NCBI GenBank assembly: GCA_036278435.1
Contig: DASULA010000489.1
Location: forward strand, 1-48,504
Length of the DNA stretch: 48,504 nucleotides
Direction: 5' to 3'
From: Mycobacteriales bacterium
GTDB taxonomy: Bacteria > Actinomycetota > Actinomycetes > Mycobacteriales > DASULA01
The position numbers were made by a program, and so were the translations under genes. The notes under the pieces were generated by a model. The model worked only from the letters and a program-made list of their open reading frames with translations. It was not told where the DNA came from and made no database searches. This document shows positions 38,761 to 48,504 of this stretch, piece after piece. The stretch's first letter is position 1, and every line of letters starts with the position of its first letter.

Positions 38761-39264
38761 TCATCGCCGCGCGTCGAGGTCGCATCGGCGGGCGACCACG
38801 GCGACCACGGGTACCACGAACGGCGTCAACATCACGTCATACAGGACCGTCCCGGGCAGCACACCCAGCGTCGAACTGGTCGACCCGGAGCGCAACAGGG
38901 ACATGACCGCGGCATAGGCCAGGAAGGAGCCGGCCGCGGCCACCCCGGTCACCACGACAGGCCAGAAGATGCTGCGCTCGCTGCTGGTGTCCAGCAGCCC
39001 GACCATGAACCCGACCAGGCCGAAACAGATCGCCAACACGCCGACCGGATGCGCCGAGAGCAGGTCGGCCAGCACGCCGGCGCCGAACCCGGCGGCCATC
39101 CCGGCGGTCGCGCCGGCGGCCAACGCCACCCCGACCACGAGCACCAGCACCAGGTTCGGGCCGCCGCCAGGCAGCGGCAGGCGCGCGATCAGAGTGCCCT
39201 GCAGGATGACCGCCAGCACGACCCCGACCGCGCCGGAGGTCAGGCCCAGCGGAGAAACCCTCAC
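38761..39264 (-). CDS. mreD: rod shape-determining protein MreD
   Basis: Small polytopic membrane protein located between mreC and mrdA. Confidence 0.8.
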   Translation of the reverse strand: MRVSPLGLTSGAVGVVLAVILQGTLIARLPLPGGGPNLVLVLVVGVALAAGATAGMAAGFGAGVLADLLSAHPVGVLAICFGLVGFMVGLLDTSSERSIFWPVVVTGVAAAGSFLAYAAVMSLLRSGSTSSTLGVLPGTVLYDVMLTPFVVPVVAVVARRCDLDARR

Positions 39265-39267
39265 GAA

Positions 39268-40140
39268 TCAATCACCGTTCGCTAACCGTTTCGGTTTCCG
39301 CGGCAGCATCGAGTCCCGCGGATCGGTCCGCGGGCCGGTCACCACCACGCCGACCAGGTCCAGCGAGGTCATCTTGACGTAGGGGCGCACGTCGGCGGTG
39401 ACCTGTCCGCCGTGACCGGGATTGACGTGGGTCACCTCCCCCACCGGAATCCCTGGCACGTAGGTCGAGCCGCCGTACGGGCCGGTGACCAGCCGGTCGC
39501 CCACGCTGATCCCGCCGCGCGGGTCCAGCGGGTCGTAGCTGAGCGGGGAAAGGCCACTGCCGGTGACCAGCCCCAGGCTGCCCGAACCTTCCTGACGTAC
39601 TCCCACCGACGAGCCCGGGTCCACCGCGAGCACCACCACGCTGGTGCTGTCGTTGACCCGCTTGACCCGGCCGACCAGACCGTCGCCGTCCACCACGGTC
39701 ATGCCCTCGGCGACCCCGTCGTTGGACCCGACGTCCAGCGTCACCGTCCACTCGAAGCCCAGGGACGGACCGAAACTGATGGTGACCGCCGGCACCACCC
39801 GAAGTTGTCCGGTCCCGGCCAGCAGATCGAGCCGACGCAACTGGTCGGACCGGGCGGAGTCGATCCCACTCAGGCGCAACTGGCGGCGCAGGTCGGCGTT
39901 CCTGCGTTGCAGTTGCGCTATCTCAGCGTGGGTACTGCCGATATGGGGAATGCCGCCCAGGAACCGGCCGACCGGTCCGAATGTCGCGCTGAACCCGCGC
40001 TGAACCGGACCGAACACCGTGGCGACCCCGGACCGGACACCGTCGAAGGACCCGCCCCGGTAGTCCAGGGTCACGAACATGGCGGACAGCACCAACAGGA
40101 CGACGATGGCCAACCGTTGCCGGCGGGTAGGACTCTTCAT
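39268..40140 (-). CDS. mreC: rod shape-determining protein MreC
   Basis: N-terminal TM, coiled coil (...EIAQLQRRNADLRRQL...), C-terminal beta domains (...PGIPVGEVT...). Confidence 0.85.
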   Translation of the reverse strand: MKSPTRRQRLAIVVLLVLSAMFVTLDYRGGSFDGVRSGVATVFGPVQRGFSATFGPVGRFLGGIPHIGSTHAEIAQLQRRNADLRRQLRLSGIDSARSDQLRRLDLLAGTGQLRVVPAVTISFGPSLGFEWTVTLDVGSNDGVAEGMTVVDGDGLVGRVKRVNDSTSVVVLAVDPGSSVGVRQEGSGSLGLVTGSGLSPLSYDPLDPRGGISVGDRLVTGPYGGSTYVPGIPVGEVTHVNPGHGGQVTADVRPYVKMTSLDLVGVVVTGPRTDPRDSMLPRKPKRLANGD

Positions 40141-40158
40141 GACGATCCCGGGTGAAGG

Positions 40159-41196
40159 TCAGCGACGAGGCTCGGACACGAGCACCTGCTGGAGGGCCTC
40201 GAAGTCCTCGACACACCGCCCCGATCCCAACGCGACGGAGTGCAGCGGGTTGTCGGCCACGATGATGGGCATGCCGGTCTCATGTTTGAGCCGCTCGTCC
40301 AGTCCGCGCAGCATGGCTCCCCCGCCGGTGAGCACGATGCCGCGGTCCATTACGTCCCCGGCCAGTTCCGGCGGGCACTTGTCCAGCGTGGTCTTCACCG
40401 CGTCCACCACCGCGTTGACCGGTTCCTCGATCGCCTTGCGGATCTCCTCGGCGCTGACCACGATCGTCTTGGGCAGGCCGGTGACCAGGTCCCGCCCGCG
40501 GATCTCGGCGTGGCTCTCCTCAGCGGTCGGGAACGCCGACCCGATGGCGATCTTGATCTCCTCGGCGGTGCGCTCGCCCAGCATGAGCGAGTACTCCTTC
40601 TTCACGTAGTTGATGACTGCCGCGTCGATCTCGTCACCGGCGATGCGGATGCTCTGACTGGTCACGATGCCGCCGAGCGAGATGACGGCCACCTCGGTGG
40701 TTCCCCCGCCGATGTCCACCACCATGTTCCCGGTCGGTTCGCTGACCGGCAGGCCGCTGCCGATCGCCGCGGCCATCGGTTCCTCGATGATGTAGACCTT
40801 GCTGGCGCCAGCGTTGTACGTCGACTCCTTCACCGCCCGCTGCTCCACGCCGGTGATCCCCGACGGCACGCACACCACCACCCGCGGACCGCGCACCAGG
40901 TACCGGCGTCGGTGCACCTTGCGGATGAAGTACCGGAGCATCCGCTCGGTGGTGTCGAAGTCGGCGATCACACCGTCCTTGAGAGGTCGCACGGCCACGA
41001 TGTTCCCTGGGGTGCGGCCGATCATGCGCTTGGCCTCGATGCCGACCGCCAGGATCTCACTGGTGTTCACGTTGATGGCCACCACGGATGGCTCGTTCAG
41101 GACGATGCCGCGGCCACGCACGTAGACCAGGGTGTTGGCGGTGCCGAGGTCCACGGCCATGTCCCGGCCGAGGAACGACATCGAACTCGAAGCCAT
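40159..41196 (-). CDS. mreB: actin-like rod shape-determining protein MreB
   Basis: ...[36 protein letters not shown]...[11 protein letters not shown]... ATG 41196 (alternative ATG 41181). Confidence 0.9.
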   Translation of the reverse strand: MASSSMSFLGRDMAVDLGTANTLVYVRGRGIVLNEPSVVAINVNTSEILAVGIEAKRMIGRTPGNIVAVRPLKDGVIADFDTTERMLRYFIRKVHRRRYLVRGPRVVVCVPSGITGVEQRAVKESTYNAGASKVYIIEEPMAAAIGSGLPVSEPTGNMVVDIGGGTTEVAVISLGGIVTSQSIRIAGDEIDAAVINYVKKEYSLMLGERTAEEIKIAIGSAFPTAEESHAEIRGRDLVTGLPKTIVVSAEEIRKAIEEPVNAVVDAVKTTLDKCPPELAGDVMDRGIVLTGGGAMLRGLDERLKHETGMPIIVADNPLHSVALGSGRCVEDFEALQQVLVSEPRR

Positions 41197-41554
41197 CGAG
41201 GAGACCCTTCGCAGGACGGAGGACTGGGCACGACGGAGCAGCACCGTAGGTGCGAGCCGCACGCGAGGAGCAGGGCCGATCGTACCCGTGGTGAGCGCGT
41301 GCACCCGCTCCTCGCCGCGCCGCCCGGCACCGGCCCGGGGTCACGCCGAGCGCGCCCCGGAATCACCGAGCCGTCCGTCTACGGGTCCCGACGTCCTGCT
41401 GCCGGGTCAGGTTTACCCGGCCACCGTGGACTGTCCTACACCGAGCCGGTCCACACCCAGCCGGAACGGTGCCCGGCTGCCTGTCGGGGCCAACGTGGCG
41501 AGGGATGGCAGGGCGCGGGACCAGGATCCCGGCGAACGTCGCCGGCCACCGCGG

Positions 41555-42355
41555 CTAGGTGAGCAGCAGCCGCTCGAAGCGGCGCGCCGCAATCGTTATC
41601 CCGACCAGCCCCATCACCGCCAGGTAGGCGGCGTGCCCGATCAGGGACCACCCGACCGTACCGGTGGTGAGCGCGCGGAGCAGCCCGACCCCGTGGAAGA
41701 GCGGGGTGCACTCCACCGCGATCTGGAGCGGCCGCGGGTAGGTGGACAGCGGGTAGAACGTGGTGGAGAACAGGAACATCGGCAGCAGCGCCAACTGCAC
41801 GAACTCGAAGTCCTGCCAACTGCGTATCAGGGAGGTCGCGGCCAACCCGACCGAGGCGAAGGCGAACCCGATCAGCGCCGCGGCGGGCAGCGCCAGCACC
41901 GCCCAGACCGAGTGCACCAGACCCATGGCCAGCATCACGGTCAGGAAGGCGACCGAGTACAGCAGCCCGCGCAGCAGCGCCCAGGTCATCTCGCCCAGCG
42001 CCACGTCGCCCGCACCGACCGGGGTGGCCAGGATCGAGTCGTAGATCTTGGCGTGTTTCAGCTTGAAGAAGATGTTGAACGTCGAGTCGAACACCGCGCC
42101 GTTCATCGCCGAGGAGGCCAACAGGGCCGGGGCCACGAACGCGGTGTAGCTGATCGGGTGGCCGTCCGGACCGGTCACCTGGCCGACCAGCGCGCCGATG
42201 CCGACCCCGATCGCCAGCAGGTAGAACAACGGTTCGAAGAATCCGGACACCAGCACCAGCCAGGTCCGCCGGTAGACCATCAGGTTGCGCTCGACCAGCA
42301 GCCTGGCCCGACCCGTGCCCACCGCCGGCACCACCCTGGCGATCATCGTGGCCAC
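41555..42355 (-). CDS. ABC-2 type transporter permease
   Basis: 6-TM ABC-2 pattern. GTG 42355 is preceded by GGAGGTGGA. Confidence 0.8.
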   Translation of the reverse strand: MATMIARVVPAVGTGRARLLVERNLMVYRRTWLVLVSGFFEPLFYLLAIGVGIGALVGQVTGPDGHPISYTAFVAPALLASSAMNGAVFDSTFNIFFKLKHAKIYDSILATPVGAGDVALGEMTWALLRGLLYSVAFLTVMLAMGLVHSVWAVLALPAAALIGFAFASVGLAATSLIRSWQDFEFVQLALLPMFLFSTTFYPLSTYPRPLQIAVECTPLFHGVGLLRALTTGTVGWSLIGHAAYLAVMGLVGITIAARRFERLLLT

Positions 42356-42366
42356 CCGTCCACCTC

Positions 42367-43152
42367 CTACACGACCAGCCTGCGGCGGAAGGACAGCCTG
42401 GCCAGCAGCACCCCGCCCACCGCCCACACTCCGAGGTAGGCCAGGTGAATCAGGGGGCGGTTCACCCCGCCGCTGGTCGTCACCGTGCCGAGCACCAGCT
42501 CCCGACACAGATCCACGCCGTGCCACAGCGGTGTGACGTAGGCCAGCGGGCGTACCAGCGCCGGCAGTTGGCTGACCGGGAAGAACGTGCCGGAGAACAG
42601 GAACATCGGGATCAGGCCGAACCGGAAGATCCCGTTGAAGCCGGAGTCCCGTTCCTGGCTGGCGGCGAACGCCATGATCGGCGCGGCGAAGGCCATCCCG
42701 GTCAACAGGGCGGCCGGTAGCGCGAGCACCGCCCACGGCGAGGAGACCACCCCGAACGCGCTCATCACCCCCAGGTACACCACGCAGGTCGAGCCGATCC
42801 GGAAGGCCACCCACCACAGGTGCCCGGCCACCACGTCACGCACCCCCAGCGGCGTGGCCAGCATCGCGTGGTAGGTCCGCTGCCACTTGATGGCGCCCAT
42901 CACCGGGTAGGTCGACTCGAAGGTGGCCACCTGCATGGCGGTGGCGGCCAGCAGCCCCGGCGCGATGAACGCGAGGTAGCTCACCCCGTGCAACCGGGCG
43001 GTGCCGCCCCGGTCGACCAGCGCACCCAGCCCGACCCCCATGGCGGTCAGGTACAGCAGCGGGGTGAGCACGCTGGACACCACCGTGCCCCGCCAGGTGC
43101 GTCGGTAGCTGTAGAGCCAGTACTCCAACGACCGTCCGGTGAACGCTGCCAC
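42367..43152 (-). CDS. ABC-2 type transporter permease (paralogue of the downstream one)
   Basis: Similar length and pattern (...YRRTWRGTVVSS...TPL.YL...). GTG 43152 lies 1 nt after the ATPase stop. Confidence 0.8.
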   Translation of the reverse strand: MAAFTGRSLEYWLYSYRRTWRGTVVSSVLTPLLYLTAMGVGLGALVDRGGTARLHGVSYLAFIAPGLLAATAMQVATFESTYPVMGAIKWQRTYHAMLATPLGVRDVVAGHLWWVAFRIGSTCVVYLGVMSAFGVVSSPWAVLALPAALLTGMAFAAPIMAFAASQERDSGFNGIFRFGLIPMFLFSGTFFPVSQLPALVRPLAYVTPLWHGVDLCRELVLGTVTTSGGVNRPLIHLAYLGVWAVGGVLLARLSFRRRLVV

Positions 43153-43153
43153 G

Positions 43154-44086
43154 TCAGTCCACCAGGGTGCGACCGGTGAGCCGCAGGAAGACGTCTTCCA
43201 GGCTGCTGCGGCGGACCAGCGCGCTGGTCGGCGTGAGCCCCCGGGCCTGTACCTCCGAAAGCGACCGGTCGCCGTTGTCGGTGTAGAGCAGCAACCGGTC
43301 CGGCAGCACCTCGATCCGCTGCGCCAGACCCTCCACCTTCCCGGCCATGTCCTCGTGCTCACCCGGGCCGAACCGCAGCTCGAGCACCTCCCGGGTGGAG
43401 TGCCGGTCGATCAGGTCGCGGGGGGACCCCTCGGCGACGACCCGGCCGCCGTCCATCACCACCAGCCGGTCACACAGTTGCTCGGCCTCGTCCATGTAGT
43501 GGGTGGTGAGCACCAGCGTGACGCCCTGCTGCTTGAGCCGGAACAACCGGTCCCACAGCGCGTGCCGGGCCTGCGGGTCCAGGCCGGTGGTCGGCTCGTC
43601 CAGCAGCAGGATGTCCGGTTCGTTGACCAGCGACCGGGCGATGGTAAGGCGCCGTTTCATGCCTCCGGACAGTGGCTCGACCTGGTCGCCGGCCCGGTCG
43701 GTCAGTTGCACGAAGTCCAGCAGATCGTTGGCGCGCTGGCGGATCAGTGCCCGGGACAGGCCGAAGTACCGGCCGTAGATGAGCAGGTTCTCCCGGACGG
43801 TCAGTTCCATGTCCAGGGTGTCCTCCTGCGGGACGACCCCGAGGCGGGCCCTGATCCGGGGGCCGTCGGTGGCCGGGTCCATCCCCAGGATGCGCAGCGT
43901 GCCGCCGCTGACCGGGGACACGCACCCGATCATGCGCATGGTGGAACTCTTGCCCGCGCCGTTGGGGCCCAGGAACCCGAACGCCTCACCTCGCCGGACC
44001 GCCACGTCGATGCCGTCGACCGCGACGAAACTCCCGAAACGTTTGGTCAACCCCCGGGCCTCGATCAACGGCACGTCATCCCGCAT
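43154..44086 (-). CDS. ABC transporter ATP-binding protein (NodI/DrrA-like exporter ATPase)
   Basis: Walker A GPNGAGKSST, signature LSGGMKRRL, Walker B ILLLDEPTTGLD. Confidence 0.9.
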   Translation of the reverse strand: MRDDVPLIEARGLTKRFGSFVAVDGIDVAVRRGEAFGFLGPNGAGKSSTMRMIGCVSPVSGGTLRILGMDPATDGPRIRARLGVVPQEDTLDMELTVRENLLIYGRYFGLSRALIRQRANDLLDFVQLTDRAGDQVEPLSGGMKRRLTIARSLVNEPDILLLDEPTTGLDPQARHALWDRLFRLKQQGVTLVLTTHYMDEAEQLCDRLVVMDGGRVVAEGSPRDLIDRHSTREVLELRFGPGEHEDMAGKVEGLAQRIEVLPDRLLLYTDNGDRSLSEVQARGLTPTSALVRRSSLEDVFLRLTGRTLVD

Positions 44087-44136
44087 GTCCCCGACGCTAT
44101 CGGGGCGGTACGACAATCGCCTCCAAGTTTCCGACC

Positions 44137-44169
44137 GGAGCCGTCCCGGCCGGACAGGTGCCGGGCTCC
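44137..44169 (-). terminator. bulged GC-rich hairpin downstream of ndk
   Basis: GGAGCC(GT)CCCGGC-N9-GCCGGGCTCC read directly. No U-tract. Confidence 0.3.
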
Positions 44170-44189
44170 GCCACGGCGCGGGCGGGGAG

Positions 44190-44606
44190 CTATTCGCCCA
44201 GGTTCGGGAAGAACAGCGCGATCTCGCGCCTGGCCGCATCCGGGGAGTCCGAGCCGTGCACGAGGTTGTTCTGCACCTGGAGGGCCAGGTCGCCGCGGAT
44301 GCTGCCGGTGGCCGCCCTCAGCGGGTCGGTGGCACCGGCGATCTGGCGGAACGCGTCGATGGCCCGGTCTCCCTCGACCACCATCGCGACCAGCGGCCCG
44401 GACGTGATGAACTCCACCAGGGATCCGAAGAAGGGCTTGTCCCGGTGCTCGGCGTAGTGGGAGTCGGCCACCTGCCGGCCCAGCGTGCGCAGTTCCAGGG
44501 CGACCAGCCGCAGACCCCGCCGCTCGATCCGGCCGATCACCTCGCCGACCAGCCCGCGGGCGACGCCATCGGGCTTGACCAGGACCAGGGAGCGCTCATT
44601 ACTCAC
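44190..44606 (-). CDS. ndk: nucleoside diphosphate kinase
   Basis: ...[18 protein letters not shown]...NLVHGSDS... GTG start at 44606. Confidence 0.95.
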   Translation of the reverse strand: MSNERSLVLVKPDGVARGLVGEVIGRIERRGLRLVALELRTLGRQVADSHYAEHRDKPFFGSLVEFITSGPLVAMVVEGDRAIDAFRQIAGATDPLRAATGSIRGDLALQVQNNLVHGSDSPDAARREIALFFPNLGE

Positions 44607-44687
44607 CGACAGTGACTCCTCGCGACACGGGCCTGAAGCTGGTCCGGAGCAGCTTCGGGAATTCGCGCCGAGCGTACACAGCGGCGC

Positions 44688-45131
44688 TCAGCGTTCCGGC
44701 GGCAGCCGGGGGGAGAGCAGGTCGTGACGCACCCGCAGTTCGTAGCACCAGATGAGCGCGAAGATCGCACCCAGCACGTACATGGCTCCGGTGAGCAGGC
44801 CGCAGCCGATCACGCCCAGTTGCAGCACGCTGCCGAACACCGCGGCCCACCGTCGCCGCTGCACGAACGCACCGGCCACCAGCAGTGCGGCCAGCACCAG
44901 CAGTGCGGCCAGCTTGGGGCCGGTCAGCCCGGTGCCGAACTTGGCCACCGTGCCGGGCACCAGGATCACGGTGAACGCCTCCAAGCACAGCGTCCCGGCG
45001 AACATCCCGCGCACGGCCCGGGTCGCGCCGGCCAACCTGGCCCGTTCCAGGGCGGCGAAATCCTCCGTCGGGTCGGCGCCCGTCGGGTCGGTGGCCTGGT
45101 CCACCCGGTTGGGGCCGTCGGCATCGCTCAT
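44688..45131 (-). CDS. DUF4233-like membrane protein (conserved between folC and ndk in actinobacteria)
   Basis: ATG 45131 is preceded by GAGGA. Three hydrophobic segments. The position matches the Rv2446c-like slot. Confidence 0.7.
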   Translation of the reverse strand: MSDADGPNRVDQATDPTGADPTEDFAALERARLAGATRAVRGMFAGTLCLEAFTVILVPGTVAKFGTGLTGPKLAALLVLAALLVAGAFVQRRRWAAVFGSVLQLGVIGCGLLTGAMYVLGAIFALIWCYELRVRHDLLSPRLPPER

Positions 45132-45180
45132 ACCCGTCCTCGCTTCGCTCCGGGCGGGCAGGGGGCACCAGACGCACTGT

Positions 45181-45225
45181 GTTGTCTGGTTCGCCGTTGT
45201 CTGGTTCGCCGTTGTCCGGTTCGCT
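45181..45225. repeat. 15-bp tandem direct repeat x3 (GTTGTCTGGTTCGCC, GTTGTCTGGTTCGCC, GTTGTCCGGTTCGCT)
   Basis: Read directly. Located in the intergenic spacer between the folC stop (45241) and the DUF4233 gene start (45131). Confidence 0.9.
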
Positions 45226-45240
45226 CCGCCAAGGCCGCGC

Positions 45241-46698
45241 TCACCCCTGCGCTCCGGTGAGCAGCAGCCGCGCCTCACCGGCGGTGACCACCGATCCGGT
45301 GACCAACACCCCGGCACCGCCGAGTACCACGTCCCCCCGGCTGCTCGACTCCTCGGCCAACCGCACCGCGGACTCCACCGCGTCGTCGATCCGGGTCTCC
45401 ACGGTCACCCGGTCGGCACCGAACGCGTCCACGGCGAGCACGGCCAGATCGTCGGCGGCCATGCACCGCGGCGAGGAGTTCTGGGTGACCACGATCTCGT
45501 CGAGTACCGGTTCGAGGATGTGCAGCATGCTCCGGACGTCCTTGTCCCGCAGCATGGCGACCACACCGACCAGGTGCCCGAACGCGAACGACTCACGCAG
45601 CGCGTGCACGCTGGCGACCATCCCGGCGGGATTGTGCGCGGCGTCGACCAGCACGGTCGGGGCGCTGCGCACCGGCTCCAGGCGCCCCGGCGAGCTGACC
45701 TCGGCGAACGCCTGGCGAACGACCTCCAGGCTGATCGGGCCGGTATCCTCACCGGCCCCGAAGAACGACTCCACCGCGGCCAGCGCGCACACCGCGTTCT
45801 GTGCCTGGTGTGCCCCGTACAGCGGCAGGAAGATCTCCGGGTAGGCCCCGCCCAGACCCTGTATGTCGAGCATCTGCCCGCCGACTGCGACCCGGCGCCC
45901 GGTCACCCCGAACTCCGGTCCCTGCCTGACCACGGTCGCGCCGACCTGGCCGGCCCGGCGCAACAACACCTCGGCCGCCTCGGGTTCCTGGCCGGCCAGC
46001 ACGGCCAGCGCGCCGGGCTTGATGATGCCGGCCTTCTCCCCGGCGATGGCGGCCAGGGTGTCGCCCAGCCGGTCGGTGTGGTCCAGCCCGATCGGGGTGA
46101 CCACCGCGACCTTCCCGTCGGCCACGTTGGTGGTGTCCCACGACCCGCCCAGGCCGACCTCGACCACGGCCACGTCCACCGGGGCGTCGGCGAAGGCGAC
46201 AAAGCCCATGGCGGTGAGCACCTCGAAGTAGGACAGCCGGATGGGCTGCTCGGCGTCGACCATGCCATCGACCATGCTCAGGTAGGGCGCCACGTCGTGG
46301 TACACCTCGACGAACCGGCGCGGGCTGATCGGTTCGGAGTCGACGCTGATCCGCTCGGTCACCGAGGACAGGTGCGGGCTGGTGAACCTGCCGGTGCGCA
46401 GCCCGAAGCCGTGCAGCAGCGTGTCGATCATCCGGGCGGTGGACGTCTTGCCGTTGGTGCCGGCTACGTGGATGACCGGGTAGGCGGTCTGGGGAGCGCC
46501 CAGCAGGTCGACCAGCGCCCGGATCCGGTCCAGCGTCGGGTCCAGCCGGTCCTCGGGCCAGCGGGTGGACAGTTCAGCTTCGACCCGGGCGAGGTCTCGA
46601 CGGTCGTCGGCCCGCGCCACGCTCCGGCCGGTCCGGCCAGACCGACCGAGGTCGCCCGGACTCCCACCGGACCCACTGTGCCCACTGGACCCGGTCAC
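45241..46698 (-). CDS. folC: bifunctional folylpolyglutamate synthase / dihydrofolate synthase
   Basis: ...VIHVAGTNGKTSTARM... (P-loop), ...GLGGSWD.TNV..., Mur-ligase C-terminal domain. GTG 46698 forms a GTGA overlap with the valS stop. A later start (VARADD...) is possible. Confidence 0.85.
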   Translation of the reverse strand: MTGSSGHSGSGGSPGDLGRSGRTGRSVARADDRRDLARVEAELSTRWPEDRLDPTLDRIRALVDLLGAPQTAYPVIHVAGTNGKTSTARMIDTLLHGFGLRTGRFTSPHLSSVTERISVDSEPISPRRFVEVYHDVAPYLSMVDGMVDAEQPIRLSYFEVLTAMGFVAFADAPVDVAVVEVGLGGSWDTTNVADGKVAVVTPIGLDHTDRLGDTLAAIAGEKAGIIKPGALAVLAGQEPEAAEVLLRRAGQVGATVVRQGPEFGVTGRRVAVGGQMLDIQGLGGAYPEIFLPLYGAHQAQNAVCALAAVESFFGAGEDTGPISLEVVRQAFAEVSSPGRLEPVRSAPTVLVDAAHNPAGMVASVHALRESFAFGHLVGVVAMLRDKDVRSMLHILEPVLDEIVVTQNSSPRCMAADDLAVLAVDAFGADRVTVETRIDDAVESAVRLAEESSSRGDVVLGGAGVLVTGSVVTAGEARLLLTGAQG

Positions 46699-48504
46699 CG
46701 GGACGGGAGCCCGTCGAGCTGGGCCTGGATCCGCGCCATCGCGTGCTCGGCGGCGGTCAGCCGTCCGCGCGCCTTGGCCACCACCGCCTCCGGTGCCCGG
46801 CCGACGAAGTCGGCGTTGTCGAGCTTGTCCCGCACGGTCCGGGCCTCCTTGTCCGCCGCGGCCAGGTCCTTGGTCAGCCGGGCCCGCTCGGCGGCCACGT
46901 CGACCAGCGCCGAGGTGTCCACCGCCACCGTGCCGCCGCGCACCGACAGGGTGGCGTGCGCCGCGAAATCCGGACCCTCCGCGGCGAGCCGGGCCAGTGC
47001 GCGCACGTGCCCGTCCAGGCCGGTCAGGTGTGCCGGCAGGGTGACCCGGGCCGGCACCCGCTGCGCCGGCCGGAGGCCCTGGTCGGCGCGGAACTGCCGG
47101 ACCTCGGCCACCACCGCCCTCAGGTCGGCCACGGTGTCCTCGGCGGCCGGGTCGTGCCTGGCCTCGTCCCCGGCCGGCCAGCCGGCCACCAGCACCGACT
47201 CCGAACCGGTGAGCGCGGTCCACAGCGCCTCGGTCACATATGGCGTGATCGGGTGCAGCAGCCGCAGCAGCGCGTCCAGCACGTGACCCAGCACCAACCG
47301 GGTCACCCGGGCCGCCGCCGGGTCGTCCCCGGCGAGTGCCACCTTGGCCAGTTCCACGTACCAGTCGCAGAACTCGTCCCAGACGAAGTGGTACAGCGCG
47401 TCGGACGCCTTGGCGAACTGGAAATCCTCGTAGTAGGCGTCCACCTGGGCCACCGTGCGGTGCAGCCGGGACACGATCCACCGATCCACGATGGACAGTT
47501 CGGCGGCGGCCGGCAGCGGCTCGGCGGTACTGGCGCCGTTGAGCAGGGCGAACCGGGTCGCGTTCCACAGCTTGTTGCAGAAGTTCCGGCTGCCCTGCAC
47601 CCACTCCTCGCCGATCGGCACGTCGGTGCCCGGGTTGGCGCCACGGGCCAGGGTGAAGCGCAGCGCGTCCGACCCGTAGGCGTCCATCCACTCCAGCGGG
47701 TCCTGGGCGTTGCCGAACGACTTGGACATCTTCTTGCCGTGCTGGTCGCGCACCATGCCGTGCAGCGCGATCACCGGGAACGGCGGCACCCCGTCCATCC
47801 CGTACAGCCCGAACATCATCATCCGGACCACCCAGAAGAACAGGATGTCGTAGCCGGTGAGCAGCACGCTGTTCGGGTAGTACCTGGCCAGGTCCTCGGT
47901 GTGATCCGGCCAGCCCAGGGTGGAGAACGGCCACAGCCCGGAGGAGAACCAGGTGTCCAGCACGTCGGGATCCTGCCGCCAGTCCTCGCCGGGCGGCGGC
48001 TCGTCCGGCCCCAGGCACACCACCTCACCGTTCGGCCCGTACCACACCGGGATCCGGTGCCCCCACCACAACTGCCGGCTGATGCACCAGTCGTGCATCC
48101 GGTCCACCCAGTCGAAGTAGCGGCCCTCCAGTTCGGTCGGGTGGATCCGCACCCGACCGTCGCGCACCGCGTCGCCGGCCGCCTTGGCCAGCGGGGCCAC
48201 CGCCACGAACCACTGGAGGGACAGCCGCGGTTCCACCACGGTCTCGCACCGGGAGCAGTGTCCGACCGCGTGCAGGTAGGGCCGGCGCTCGGCGATGATC
48301 CGGCCCTGCTCGCGCAGCGCGGCCACCACGGCCGGGCGAGCCTCGAACCGGTCCAGACCCAGGAACGGGCCGTGCGCGGTGATCACGCCGCGCTCGTCGA
48401 GCACCACCGGGGCGGGCAGCCGGTGCCGCTGGCCGATCTCGAAGTCGTTCGGGTCGTGTGCCGGGGTCACCTTCACCGCGCCGGTGCCGAACGCCGGGTC
48501 GACG
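46695..48504 (-). CDS. valS: valyl-tRNA synthetase (C-terminal ~600 codons; the gene continues beyond the window end)
   Basis: ...VTPAHDPNDFEIG..., ...DWCISRQLWWGHRIPVWY..., KMSKS (GKKMSKSFGN), C-terminal coiled coil. The frame stays open to position 48504. Confidence 0.9.
   Translation of the reverse strand, partial: VDPAFGTGAVKVTPAHDPNDFEIGQRHRLPAPVVLDERGVITAHGPFLGLDRFEARPAVVAALREQGRIIAERRPYLHAVGHCSRCETVVEPRLSLQWFVAVAPLAKAAGDAVRDGRVRIHPTELEGRYFDWVDRMHDWCISRQLWWGHRIPVWYGPNGEVVCLGPDEPPPGEDWRQDPDVLDTWFSSGLWPFSTLGWPDHTEDLARYYPNSVLLTGYDILFFWVVRMMMFGLYGMDGVPPFPVIALHGMVRDQHGKKMSKSFGNAQDPLEWMDAYGSDALRFTLARGANPGTDVPIGEEWVQGSRNFCNKLWNATRFALLNGASTAEPLPAAAELSIVDRWIVSRLHRTVAQVDAYYEDFQFAKASDALYHFVWDEFCDWYVELAKVALAGDDPAAARVTRLVLGHVLDALLRLLHPITPYVTEALWTALTGSESVLVAGWPAGDEARHDPAAEDTVADLRAVVAEVRQFRADQGLRPAQRVPARVTLPAHLTGLDGHVRALARLAAEGPDFAAHATLSVRGGTVAVDTSALVDVAAERARLTKDLAAADKEARTVRDKLDNADFVGRAPEAVVAKARGRLTAAEHAMARIQAQLDGLPSR

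Overview
This is a high-GC (roughly 70%+) actinobacterial chromosome segment. Most of it is a conserved minus-strand housekeeping block: holA-comEC-comEA, degV, leuS, an SGNH hydrolase, a histidine phosphatase, rsfS-nadD, a VWA/MoxR pair, proB-obg-rpmA-rplU-rne, an rne-linked radical-SAM pair, rodA-mrdA-mreD-mreC-mreB, an ABC-2 exporter, ndk, a DUF4233 gene, folC and a partial valS. The presence of mreBCD/rodA suggests a filamentous actinomycete, possibly Micromonosporaceae-like; this is not verified. No tRNA, rRNA or CRISPR array was seen. The interesting content sits in small accessory or decaying patches between core genes. (1) 435-2085: a graspetide-type RiPP locus with an intact precursor, whose ATP-grasp maturase and PIMT-like methyltransferase appear collapsed into one chimeric ORF. 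(2) 16.7-19.2 kb: an insertion between the MoxR ATPase and its VWA partner. It holds a DinB/DUF664 gene split precisely by a 1313-bp tnpB-only IS200/IS605-family element, so the empty site, candidate TAM and guide can be read off, plus an overlapping two-gene cassette of unknown function. (3) 20.4-21.9 kb: an animal-type heme peroxidase gene. (4) An in-frame TGA interrupts the conserved radical SAM gene next to rne. (5) 31.6-35.3 kb: a junk island with gene remnants, a DUF222-HNH gene and a multiply broken class I DAHP synthase pseudogene. I did not find a convincing complete novel multi-gene system. All family assignments come from motif recognition by eye and need database confirmation.
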